A stretch of DNA of 64,000 nt from Phallusia mammillata (Eukaryota). The notes under the pieces were generated by a model. The model did not search any database. It had not been told where the DNA came from and saw nothing but the letters and a program-made list of their open reading frames with translations. This document shows, in pieces, positions 13,198 to 25,749 of this stretch. Made by a program: the position numbers and the translations under genes. Every line of letters begins with the position of its first letter. Within the stretch, counting starts at the first letter, position 1. The stretch spans positions 2,232,001 to 2,296,000 of the forward strand of contig OZ281494.1 in the NCBI GenBank assembly GCA_965637545.1. The letters run 5' to 3'.

Positions 13198-16100
13198 TTA
13201 CATAGTAACGAGTTCGGTATTCGTCCGGCGCACAGAAGCAACACCAGCTTTCTTACATTTCTCCAAAGCGCGGTCAATCACAGATGAATAAAGCAACGGG
13301 TTGAGGGCGCTGTTGATTGGAAGCAAAACCGCAGCTGCAAGCACATATACGATGTCCGACAAAACTACACCACCAAGCGACAAAAAACTAAGCATGCAAA
13401 TTGGAATCCAACAACAGAAATCGGTCAGAAGCAATCTAGATATTCGTTTTTGCATTTTGGCGCTCGTATCATTGCTTTTTGCCTCGGTCATGCGATTGCT
13501 GCGACGATAAATAAGAATATAAGCGACTACCATGAAAATAAACATGACAAAATCGACTGTGATGATAAACAGTGAGTATCCCCAAGCTGCATGGCTTTCT
13601 GAAGCAAAGAGCCTTGGCAAACACACGCTGGTTTTGGCGTAGTAACCAAACTCTCCCTTGATGGATTGCCCTGACATGTTAATGTCGATGACTTGTTTAG
13701 CGTCGTGCCATGATAACACGGTGCTGTTGGTGGGTGACATACGTTGTGCCAAAAGCATTGCAGCCTCAAAAGAAACAAAATCACGTTTGTGAACGAAATT
13801 GGGAAACCAGATTGTTGTTACAAAGTAACCAGATGCAAAATCAATTGTGGGAACGATGGCAATGACCAAAGCAACACACCAAGTAACGAAACACCCCAAT
13901 ATAATCCATTTAGGTCCCAGTGACATAGTAAAGAATGGGTTCCACACAGACACCAGTCGGTAGACTGATATCAGTGCCATGGTTAAAGCCGAAGTTTGAG
14001 ATGAAACAACACACAGTGCACCTAGGATTGAACATTGTGTGCTTGAACGCCATTCTGAATCAAAATAACAATAACTCCCGGAGAACTGGACACTTTTGAC
14101 TGCAACAGCAAGTAAATAGATTCCCATTAACATGTCGGAAACTGATAGGTTAACAATGAATATTTGAGTGCTTTTATTTACACGATTGTCGGTATTCCAG
14201 TTTAGATATGTCTTTTTTAGAGTGGTTGCCGCCACTATGAAATTCCCAATCAATGCAAGGATACCCATAAACCATATAAACGCGTTCAAAATCGGGTTGG
14301 CAATCATTTCCTTCTGATTGGAGAAGACAGTGTTACGAGAGCTGACATGTGGACATTCGTCACTGCCGTCTGAGCAGTCTTTGATTCCGTCTTCTTTGTC
14401 AGCAATGGGCACTGATAGCGGATTCCCAGTAAGACAATAAAACCTCGTGTCTTTACAACGATCCTTTGCCTCATCCGATTTATCGTCACAATCGTAGTTT
14501 CCATCGCAAACTTTCATGACGTCAATGCTCGACAAATCTCCATTTTTACAAATATAGCGTTTGGGACAAAGTGATTCGTTGTAGGAGTTGCCTGGAGTTC
14601 CATCACATGCCCAGTATTGTGCTGCATCTGACATAAATTTGGTGTCATTGCAGAATGTTGGTGGATATTGGCAATTATGGCACTCATCAGTAGCACTTAA
14701 ACATTCAGGTCTTCCATCGCATGCTACACCTAATGTATCCCTTTTGGCGCATATTATAGCATCAATTTGTGGATAACAATAGTTCGTGTTTAGCCAGTCC
14801 AAGCAGACCACAGATTGGTTGCACAGCACAGAATCTATCGGAAGGCAATCTGTTTGGTTGTAGCAGTGCATATGACCTGGTGGACAAGTTGACTGAGAAT
14901 CGCCAAGCACAGCTTTGCACACCGTCTGATTCTCGCATAAGCATTCATCTGACAGGTCGTAGCAATCAATCACGCCGTCGCACACCTGATTCTTTGAGAT
15001 AACGAGTCTCTTGTCCAGGCAAAGGAAGCATCGGAATTCTCCGTTGACGAAACACAGATCAGATTTGTCAGCGCACTGGGCGTCTTGATCGTAGAGATTG
15101 ATTTGTGGCAAGCTGCATGGAAATGTTAACCAATATCCAAGACATTTGAAACTCGGTTTCGCATGATTGTGGTAGCCACTTGGTGTTATAAATGGACAAA
15201 AAGAAACCAACGCGATTTGATAGTTATTGTTAAGGTCTTGATAAAAGACAGGTGATGATAAAGGAGGCCTGTCCTGTGGTCGGCATTGGGGACTGTTGCA
15301 AATCCAGTAATTATCAGTACATACTTTATCTTTGTGTCTTTCACACGGTCTGTGATGCTGAATACAACGTGAAGATTTGTTTACTTGGTACTTCAAATAT
15401 CTCTCCAACGATTTTTTACTGGTGCAGTTAACAAAAAACTGTGTGCAGCTTAAACCAAAAGTATTTATATAAAAATCGCAAGGTTCATCGGTTTGATCCA
15501 TGCAGTTCGGTGTACCATCGGCCACTGTTGTGTTAGGTATGCATTGCCCAGTAGTCGGACAGATCTGATCACCATAGATGCATCCGCACATTACTTGATC
15601 ACCACTGTATGTGCAATTGGTTTCGTCGCTGCTGTCATCGCAGTCAAACTTCCCGTTGCATTTTAAAGATAAAGAGATGCACTGTTTAGACTTGCACTCA
15701 AATTGATCTTCCCAGCAAGGACAGTTGGCTTCATCGCTGTAATCTTTGCAATCATCTACCCTGTCACATACGTTCGAGCTTGGCAGACACCCACGCACAC
15801 CAACACATGCAGAAATCTCGTAACATGCGCATTGAAACTCATTAACTGGGCAAGTGCAATTAATTTCGTCTGTTCCGTCCAAACAGTTGTAGATGCCATC
15901 ACATATTTGTGTCTTTTCATAACATCCCAACCCATCCGTGCAATTACTGTCTCTTGGAAAACAACCGCATTGGTATTGGTTTGCATTGCAAGTCGCAGTT
16001 ACATTATTGTCTTCGCATCTCCCGACTGGCGCACACTGAGTTGCATTAAATGTAGTTGAAATGTTGTCAGGTATTGTTGCTGGGCAACCACACACGAACT

Positions 16101-16481
16101 CTCCGTAGTAGCAAGTTTGCAACCAATGCCGACATTCCTCTGTAAAAACAGTTTGGCACTTAACAGTCATGGGGGTGCAAAAAACTTAAACCAGTTATTT
16201 TTTTTAAAGGGAGTCGTTAACTACACTTCTAATAAACGAACAAGTAAACCGTAGTGGTGTAAAATTGAACTGCAATAAACAAAATCATATTTCGTTTGGT
16301 AAAAATCTGTTACACCTGCTGTGTTGCGTTTTATGACCATACCGTATCATACTCACCGTCCTGTATTTCTTAAAAGTTTAACAGGAACAATCAAAATTTA
16401 CTTACCATAAGTGACAAGCCCGTCCGATGGAAAGTTGTTGATCAACAGAACAAAAGATAACAATAGCACAATCCTTACCAT
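13198..16481 (-). CDS. LDLa-repeat class A GPCR without LRRs, type A (1005 aa, 2 exons)
   Basis: Exon 1 16406-16481 (MVRIVLLLSFVLLINNFPSDGLVTY, donor gtaagt). Exon 2 13198-16139 (acceptor ttttacag, phase 1). About 8-11 canonical or degenerate LDLa modules (e.g. CWEDQFECKSKQC...CNGKFDCDDSSDETNC). RXFP/GRL101-like 7TM (NLSVSDMLMGIYL, TDFCCWIP, LPINSALNPLLY). Confidence 0.93.
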
Positions 16482-18836
16482 ATTTAACCTGCTAAATTAT
16501 TCATTAATCTAAACAAAAAAGAAGGCACATATTGTCTGCTCAAGCTACCTATCGATTCACACCGTTTACAAAACCTTTTACACTGTTTTGGGGATAATTG
16601 CAAAGTATCGCTGTTGATGGTGAACAATAACTAAAGTTCTCAGTTAATTAACAATTTTGTTACTTTTTACCTTGTGTGATTGCTATTTACAACAAAAGAA
16701 AAACAACATGAATAGATTGATACGGTAACAAACTTTAGACTTTTTTTATTTTATGTTATTCAACAAAAACTTCACTCTAGCTCTAAAATGTTAACGTTGT
16801 ACAAACTGCCGCAATCGCGAGTCACAAAAATATACTAAACCATCTAATGCTTGACATAAGCGGAGGGAAGTCGTTGATCAAACGTCATTGCCCTCACATC
16901 AATCAAGCTTTACTGGTTTCAAATTATTCAGGCATAACCTGGGGAGAATACTTTAACTAATCTGCAACGCATAGCAAGTAAGGTTACTTATATGATTAAA
17001 TAATGCCCACAAAATAATTTTTATCGAAAATACAGAATAGCGTAATTCGCGTTTAATTTTTTCTCGGGTTCATAAGTGCTCATAACTGTTCACAAATAAG
17101 TTATACTTCCAACTGTCTTGTCTGACGTTTTCCGAAACGCTAGTTTTGTCCAGATCTAAAATAATTAAATCAGCATTCAAATTGTGCTGTCCCAGATTAA
17201 AAACCGCATTTGCAATTACAATTATTTTTGACTACTGTTAGTTTTCTACTGATTTAAAGATGACACCTTAAACAAGCTTCCACAAATAGGACACCTAAAT
17301 TATATTAGTCTAAATTTCCTTTCTACATCACAGCAACCGCAGTTGGCTCAAAATGACAGATTAGACGATTTCCTGCCCCATATGGGTGCTAAGTGCGGAA
17401 GGGATATTACACTCTTCCTGCCCTATCTTTTTGACCAGTTGATTTGCTCCCATTGGTTAAGTGAAACTTGTTTATACGAGACCACCATTGGGCAACCAAT
17501 TGACAATTAATGATAATAATTCACCCTTACATTATATTGTTTTTGTGTAACTGAATTGTTTGCCGATACGTCAGGCGTCCAAAACAAATCTTTTGTTATC
17601 CTGCACAACTGAGTGACCAGACAAATCATCGTTGTTTTTGTTTGTTGCGAAGGTGTCAAGGTAAGGCTTTTCTGCCACAACCAAGACAAATCCGTACAAA
17701 GGTTAACATCAGCGCACCTTGTGAGTGACACTGCAATGCAAAGTGCTTTTAAACCATTTATTTCAAGAAGCGTTTGACACATAAGAGGAAGCCATTACAC
17801 ATGCCTTTACATCAACAGCTGATCAGCAATGATAAATCATCATCGGTGAGAAAGTCGGGTTTAGGTGGTGTATTAAGATAATATGACTTCCTATTTAAGT
17901 AGTGTGTATGGCTGCAATCTTAAAAAGGAATCCTGAATGTTTTTTTATACTAAGAGTGTTTGAACTGAACAGTATCTGATCTTTCAACAGGCAGCATGGT
18001 CATCGACGATCACCGTTTATTTACAAGTTTTACAAATTTAAAAATTGTTTTCTACGTGTTTATCCGTTGATACTGATATGCCTAAAACTGTTCACGGAAT
18101 TTTTAGACATGAACAACTGCCACCATAAAGGGCCAGTGACCGGCTAAAACGTAAAGTATACTTATTTGTGACAAACCCATTCTTATATAACCAACAACAG
18201 TGTCGACTTTCTACTTTTCTAAACTAACAAATTATCGTAGAAGGTAATTTGCAAATCGTAATTGTGTTCAGGGTTATGAACCTAATCAATAACATGCCAA
18301 ACACCTTCTGCATTATATAGCTTTTTTATACAACAAAAGCACAGCTGTGTACAACAGCTTCCAGTACGTCATATAATTCACACCGCTCTTGCTCAATCTG
18401 CGTCAAGTTCATCGTGACCAAACCATCAACCACTTTACCGACCAAACCGTTGGGAATTTCCCTTCGCTGGTTGGAATTGTTTCTCAAGGTTATGGCCAAA
18501 TTACTCGGGTTGGAACATTTTGGCACATAGTCTCTACTGCATGGTGTCTTCATATCGAGGACTAAACGCCGTAAGTTTGCTTAAGAACTATGACATATCA
18601 ACATACGCGAGTAAATTTACATCTGAATTCTTTGGAAATCTCAACGTATCAACGTCTACCTAATCAGGTACAAGAGCGCGAATCGCGTTTCAGCAAACTT
18701 AGGGTTTTTCTTTACATTTCAGGCCAAGTTTGGAATGTTCCTTTACATTTTTAAATCCCACTGAGCAGACAACAGCTCGTTGCGCACATTCTTTTTCTTT
18801 ATTTTAACCCATGACCCCGCGGGGCAGGCAACGGAT

Positions 18837-19084
18837 CAGTGGTTCCCAACCAGGGCCCATGGCCCCCCAGGGGGTCCACGAGCTATGTTCCGGGGGGCCA
18901 CGGGTGTAGATTTACAAGAAACACCCACTAAAAGTCATTTTCACTTATTCCCGAATTTATTCGACTATTTCACACACTATTTGTTGATAGTGAGGTTATC
19001 ACGCTCATTACTCTATTAGACCTGTTTAAGGCCAAAATTAATACTTTAAGGGGGCCATCGTCCACGAAAGGTTGGGAACCACTG
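18837..19084. mobile_element. hAT (Charlie-like) MITE (family 2)
   Basis: TIRs CAGTGGTTCCCAACC / GGTTGGGAACCACTG. TSD CAACGGAT/CAACAGAT (7/8). Empty site ggCAACAGATacttg in type-B spacers (e.g. ~25262). Confidence 0.9.
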
Positions 19085-19683
19085 CAACAGATCATTGCAA
19101 AGCGTTGAGTCTAACTCATGGAAAAATATCACGTTCTATTAGTGTTCAACAATTTGGGATCAAATAGTTTTAATTAGTGATTCAACAGTGTCGAGCCGAT
19201 GCTAAACCCATTCAATTTTCCTTTGTGTATTTTAAAATGAATTTTCCTTTAAAATACTTGCGTTTCCGGTAACAAACTGAATTACAACCATATCACTTGC
19301 TGCAAAAGCACACATCAAAAGGCAATAAGGCAAACAGTAGGCTAAGATAGTCAGTTACTCTGAGTTTAAATTGCTAAGACTGGTTTTAAATTTATATGTT
19401 TGTTTCCTGGCAAACCCTTTATTAGTAATATTCTTTTAGAAACCTAAAAAAGTAGGTTTTGTTGTTCCTTGGCAAACTTTTGTTTTGATTATCCAAGGTA
19501 TGTATTGATTTTGAACAAATCAAACCTGTACAAAAATGTAGCAAGAACATCAGTTTCAAGCACATCACCTAAAAGCAAAAAGAAAAACGTTTACACAAAA
19601 AGAATTAAGGGCAAAATAGAAAGGGTGTATTCAATATATCGGTAACCTTTTGACACTAGTACGACACAAGAAATTCACGATGG

Positions 19684-22600
19684 TCACATAACAACGAGTT
19701 CGGCAGAAGGCACGCGACATTTCTTACATTTGGCTAGTGCGCTGTCAATCACAGACGAATAAAGCAACGGGTTGAGGGCGCTGTTGATTGGAAGCAAAAC
19801 CGCAGCTGCAAGCACATAAACGATATCTGACATTATTACACCAGCAAGTGACAAAGAACTGAGGATGCAAATCGGAATCCAGCAACAGAAATCCGTCAGA
19901 AGCAATCTGGATATACGCTTTTGCATTTTGGCGCTCGTATCATTGTTTCTTGCCGCAGCCATGCGATTGCTGCGTCGATAGATAAGGACATAAGCGGCAA
20001 CCATGAAAATAAACAAGACAAAATCGACTGTGATAATAAACAGTGAATATTCCCAAGCTGCATGGCCACTTGAAGCAAAAAGTCTTGGCAAACACACGCT
20101 TGTTTTGGCGTAGTAACCAAACTCTCCTTTGATTGATTGGCCAGACATGTTACTGGCGATGACTCGTTTAGCTTCATGCCATGATAGCACGGTGCTGTTA
20201 GTGAGTGACATGCGTTGTGCCAAACTCATTGCAGCTTCAAAAGAAACAAAATCACGTTTGTGAACGAAATTGGGAAACCAGATTGTTGTTACAAAGTAAC
20301 CAGATACAAAATCAATTGTGGGAATGATGGCAATGACCATAGCAACACACCAAGTAACGAAACACGCCAAAATAATCCACTTAGGCCCAAGTGACATAGT
20401 GAGAAATGGTTTGTAGACAGATACAAGTCGATAAGCAGATATCAATGTCATGGTTAAAGCCGAAGTCTGAGATGAAATGACACACAGTGCGCCTAGGATT
20501 GAGCATTGTGTGCATGATCGCCATTGAGAATCAAAATAACAATAACTCCCAGAGAATTGGACACTTTTGACAGCCACAGCAAGTAAATAGATTCCCATTA
20601 ACATGTCGGAAACTGATAGGTTGACAATGAATATTTGAGTGCATTCATTTACACAACTGTCGGTATTCCAGTTTAGATATGTCTTTTTAACTGTGGTTGC
20701 AGCCACTATGAAATTCCCAATCAATGCAAGTATGCCCATGATCCATATAAACGCGTTCAAAATAGGGTTGGCGATCATTTCCTTCTGATTGGAGAAGACA
20801 GTGTCACGAGAACTGACAGGTGGACATTCGTCACTGCCATCCGAGCAGTCTTTGATTCCGTCTTCTTTGTCACGAATTGGCACTGAGATTGGATTCCCAT
20901 TAAGACAATAAAATCTCCTGTCCTTACAACGAATCTTTGCCTCATCCGATTTATCATCACAGTCGTAGTTTCCATCGCAAACTTTCATGACGTCAATACT
21001 CAACAAATCTCCACTGTTACAAATATAGCGTTTGGGACAAATTGATTCGTTATAGGAACTGTCTGATGTTCCATCGCACGTCCAGAGCTTTGCGGCAACT
21101 GACATAAATGCGGTATCGTTACAGAAAGCTGGTTGGTTGAGGCAGTTATGGCACTCATCAGTAGCACTTAAACATTCAGGTCTTCCGTCGCATGCTACAC
21201 CTAATGTTTTTCTCTCGGCACATATTATAGTGTCAATTTGTGGATAGCAATAGTTCGTGTTGAGATAGTTCAGGCAGACCACAGATTGGTTGCACAACAC
21301 AGAATCTATTGGATGGCAATCTGTTTGGTTGTAGCAGTGCATATGACCTGGTGGACAAGTTGACTGGGAATCGCCAAGCACAGCTTTGCACACCGTCTGA
21401 TTCTCGCACAAGCATTCATCTGACAGGTCGTAGCAGTCAATCACGCCATCGCACACCTGATTCCTTGAGATAACCAGTCGCCTGTCCAAGCAAAGGAAGC
21501 ATCGAAATTCTCCGTTGACGAAACAGAGATCGGATTTGTCAGCGCACTGGGCATCTTGGTCGTAAATATTTATTTGTGGCAAGCTACATGGCAATGTTAA
21601 CCAATAACCAAGACATTTGAAACTGGGGTATGCGTGAATGCTATCACCTGGTGTTATAAATGGACAAAAAGCACCCAAAGCAAATTGAATGATGTTGTTA
21701 AAATCCTGATATAAGACAGGAAATTGAGATGTGGGAACGTTGTCCGGTTGGCATCGAGGAATATTGCAAATCCAGTAATCATCAATACAAACTTGATCTT
21801 TGTGTCCTTCACACGGTCTGTGATGCTGAATGCAATGTAAAGAATTGGTGGGTTGGTACCTCACAAATCTCTCCATCGATTTTTTATTGGTGCAGTTTAA
21901 CAAGGTGTGCTCGCATTTTAAACTATACGAACGTGCATAGTAGTCACAAGGTTCATCGCTTTGATCAATGCATTGCGGTACACCATCTCCAACTGATGTG
22001 TTAGTTATACATTGCCCAGTTGGTGGGCAAATCTGTTCTTCATAGATGCATCCGCACATAACTTGATCACCGCTACACGTGCAATTGGTTTCGTCGCTGC
22101 CGTCTTTGCAGTCAAAATTTCCGTTGCACTTCAAAGATAATGGGATGCATTGTTTGGACTTGCACTCAAATTGATCTTCCCAGCAAGGACAGTTGACTTC
22201 ATCGCTGTAATCTTCACAATCATCAATCCTATCACATACCTCCGAGCTTGGCAGACAGCCACGCAAACCAACACATGAGGAACTTTCGTAACATACGCAT
22301 TGAAACTTATCAACTGGGCAAGTACAATTTACTTCGTCTGTTCCATCTAAACAGTCGTAGATGCCATCACATATTTGTGTCTTTTCATAACAACCTATCC
22401 CTTTCGTGCAATTACTGTCTCTTGGAAAACAGCCGCATTGGTATTGGTTTGCATTGCACTCCGCAGTCAAATTGTAGTCTTCGCATCCGCCAACTGGCGC
22501 ACATTGAGTCGCATTAAATGTAGTGGCCGTGTTGTTCGGTCTTGTTGCTGGGCAACCACACACAAACTCTCCCTTGTTGCACGTTTGCAGCGAATATCGA

Positions 22601-22935
22601 CATTCTTCTGTAAAAAAGCTGTCGCATTTAATATTTTTAGAACCACTGTATTTTTTGAGGGAATCGTTATCTACCCTTATAATAAGCGAACAAGTAAATT
22701 ACAGTGCTGTAAAATTAAACTGCGTTTAAAATAATAATATTTTGCCTGGTTAAGTTGTATTCTCATGTTTTATGACTATGGTTGTTTACTCTATACTATT
22801 CACAACACTGTTTATTTTATTTTAGCATGTTAATCCAGGAAGAAACACGATTTGCTTACCAAAAGTGACAAGCCCGTACGATGGTAAGCTGTTGATCAAC
22901 AGAACGAAAGATAACAAAAGCACTCTCCTAACCAT
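19684..22935 (-). CDS. LDLa-repeat GPCR without LRRs, type B (999 aa, 2 exons)
   Basis: Exon 1 22860-22935 (MVRRVLLLSFVLLINSLPSYGLVTF, donor gtaagc) and exon 2 19684-22607, total 3000 nt. Same architecture as type A. Confidence 0.93.
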
Positions 22936-25749
22936 ATTTACCCTGCTATATTATTTATTAATCTAAACTCAAAAGAAGACACGTATTGGCGACACAAGCA
23001 ACGTATCAATCCGACGATAACAAAACGTTTTCAAAATTGTAAGCTATACTGTTTTTGAAAACAATTAAATCACTATTTGTTGTGTACAATAACTAAGCTG
23101 TTCATTTTTTGACCACCTTGTTACGTTTTTACTTCTGTCAGAATTTCACATAAAACAATTATTTCATTCAAGCCCTAAGATGTTACCCTCCTTTACAAAC
23201 TGACCCGATCGTGAGCCACAACAATCTACTAAACGATCTAATGCTTGGCATGAGCAGGGGGAAGTCGCTGACCGTACGTTATTGCCCACACATCAATCAA
23301 GAGTTACTCGATTCAGATTATCCAGGCGAAACCCGGAAGAATGCTTTATCCAATTTGCAACACATAGCAAGTAAAGTTGTTTATTTGATAAAATACTGTC
23401 AACGAATTGATTTTTGTCGAAAAGCTCAGCCGATAGGAGCGTTTAATCTTTTCTCGGGTTCATGGGTGCTCAGTTTGGTCCAGATCACGTAAAGTATTTA
23501 AGTTGTGCTGTTTCAAATTGAAAACCTTTATTCTATCTTTCACAAATATGTCACTTTGGTGCAAATCCCTTCACATTTCATAGCAACCACGGTTTTTGCT
23601 CATAATAACAAATTTGACGACTTCCTGTCCAATACGAGTGAAAAGTGCAGATGGGATATCACAAGCTTCCTGCCTATACCCTTGTTGTACCCTTTTGACC
23701 AGATTTGGCCGCATTGGTTAAGTAAAACTTGTTTATATGAGACCACCATTGATCAACCAAGTGACAAATAATGAGAATAGTTCATCCTTCTGATATCGTA
23801 TTTTTTTCTGTTACTGAACAGTTTGCCGATACAATAGGTGTCCAAAACAAATCTCTTTTTGTGAATCTCTTTTACTATCTTGCACAAATGAGTGACCACA
23901 TAAATTATCGCTGTTTGAAATCGGCAACACAAGAAAATGCGTTAAATTGTTTGCTACAACCAAGACGAATCTGTACAAAGGTGAACAGCAGCAGACCTTG
24001 CAAGTGATACTGCCATGAAAAGTCCTTTTTAACTATTGATTTCAAGTATCGTTCAAAATATAAGAGAAAGCCGTAGACATGTATCCGGTCTTCACATCAA
24101 CAACTGATCGGCAATGATTATAATCATCTGTAAGCGAAGCCGGGTTTAGTACTTGCGGTTAAACTGGTGTATTAAGATTATATGACTTCCTTTTAAGAAG
24201 AGTATATGGCTGCATCAGTAATAGTTTAATATGCTTCCATTTAGTGACTGTGCTCCGGCCAAATCTCTTTTTGTCTACGTTTCAAATTTGGCACCAAAAC
24301 GGGTCATGTTTCAACGTCGCTAAAGAACTCAGGCGCAACGTGTTGCAACTATTTGTTGCCGGGCTAGCGGGGTTCGAGCTTGTAACAAAACAGATAAACT
24401 AGCCTTGAAGTGTAATAAAAAATAAAAAAATTCCGGCAACTTAACTTCCTACATTTAAAACTGAATGAAGCAAAACTTTCCGCAATTCTGATAGCATTAC
24501 AAATTGAAAATTATTTTTTACGTGTTTAAGCATCATAATTATCAGTTGCAAGAACTAAACTGTACTTGGAATTTTTGGACATGAACAACCGCGGCAATAA
24601 AGGACCAGTTATCTTGCTGAAACGTAAACTTTCCTTCTTTGTGACAGATCCACTCTCATATAACCAACAACAGTGTCAACTTTCTATCTTTTTAAACTGA
24701 CAAACTGTCGTAGAAGATGATTAGGAAATAAAATACTTTTGGTACTGATTGGTAGCGGTAACATGCCAAATACCTGCGTTACTATGGCTTATTAGTAATA
24801 AGCCTTATTAGTAATAAGTAATAAGTAATAGGTTATTACACAACGAAAGCAAAGCCATTAAAAACAGCTTCAAGTAAGGTTATATCGCGACCCGAAAACT
24901 AGATCAAATTCCGGGACTGTCAAACCAATTCGATAACATTCGTCTCGCTCCTGCATCTACAACATAAATGATATTTGTAGTTCTTGGGGAGTCTAGAATT
25001 TGGCAAAAGGTTTGCTAGCTGGAATTGTTTCTAAAGGTTTACTCGGGTTTGAATAATTAAAAAAAAGTATTTTTGGACATAGTCTCTACTGGGCGGTGCC
25101 TTTATTTTAAGGACTAAATGCCGTAAGTTTGCTTAAGAAATATGACACACGAATATACACGAGATCAAATCCCACCCAACAAGAAACAGAATGTCGCAGA
25201 GCATTTTTGCATTCCATAGCTATTTACCTGTTTTGCTTTTGCCCATGAACGCGCGAGGAAGGCAACAGATACTTGTAAAGCGTTGAGTCTGACTGATAGC
25301 GACATGGAATCACTACCTTTTCTTAAAGCAACATTTGAAACGTGGAGAAAAAGTTGTGGGATACGCCCAAATGTTGCATGCAAACATGGTATAAGCCACC
25401 ACTTAGTTTGAAACTTTCAAGTTTCAAATTTAATTCTGCAATTTTGTTGTAGTGATTTATAGGAAAACAAGCAAGTTCTATTCGTATTCAAAAACTGGGA
25501 TTAAATATTTTAATTAATTATGCAACAGTTTCGAGCAGATGCTAAACCCATTCAATATTCCTTTGTTTGTTTTAAACTGTACTTTCCTTCAAAATACACC
25601 ACTCCACGGTAATAAATTGAACTACAAACTTTCCACTTGTTTCAACGACAACGATTAAATATAAATTATAAAGTTTAAATTCTAAGACTGGTTTCAAATT
25701 TCAATATTTGTTTGCTGTCAAACTATTTGTTAGTAACCGTCTTGTAGAA

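Noticed and set aside
23211-23260. SHNNLLNDL resembling an LRR, as a possible lost LRR region of the receptor
   Set aside because: Wrong strand and position (upstream of the signal exon), and no repeated LxxLxLxxN periodicity.
24350-24445. GGTTCGAG B-box-like motif with short gttgccgg/ccggcaac inverted repeat in type-B spacers
   Set aside because: No A-box, cloverleaf or TSD. It is part of the ancestral spacer, also present inverted at 60-130.
24795-24830. Short palindrome plus (TAATAAG)n in each type-B spacer
   Set aside because: Simple slippage microsatellite copied with the unit. Not CRISPR-like: no regular repeat-spacer structure.
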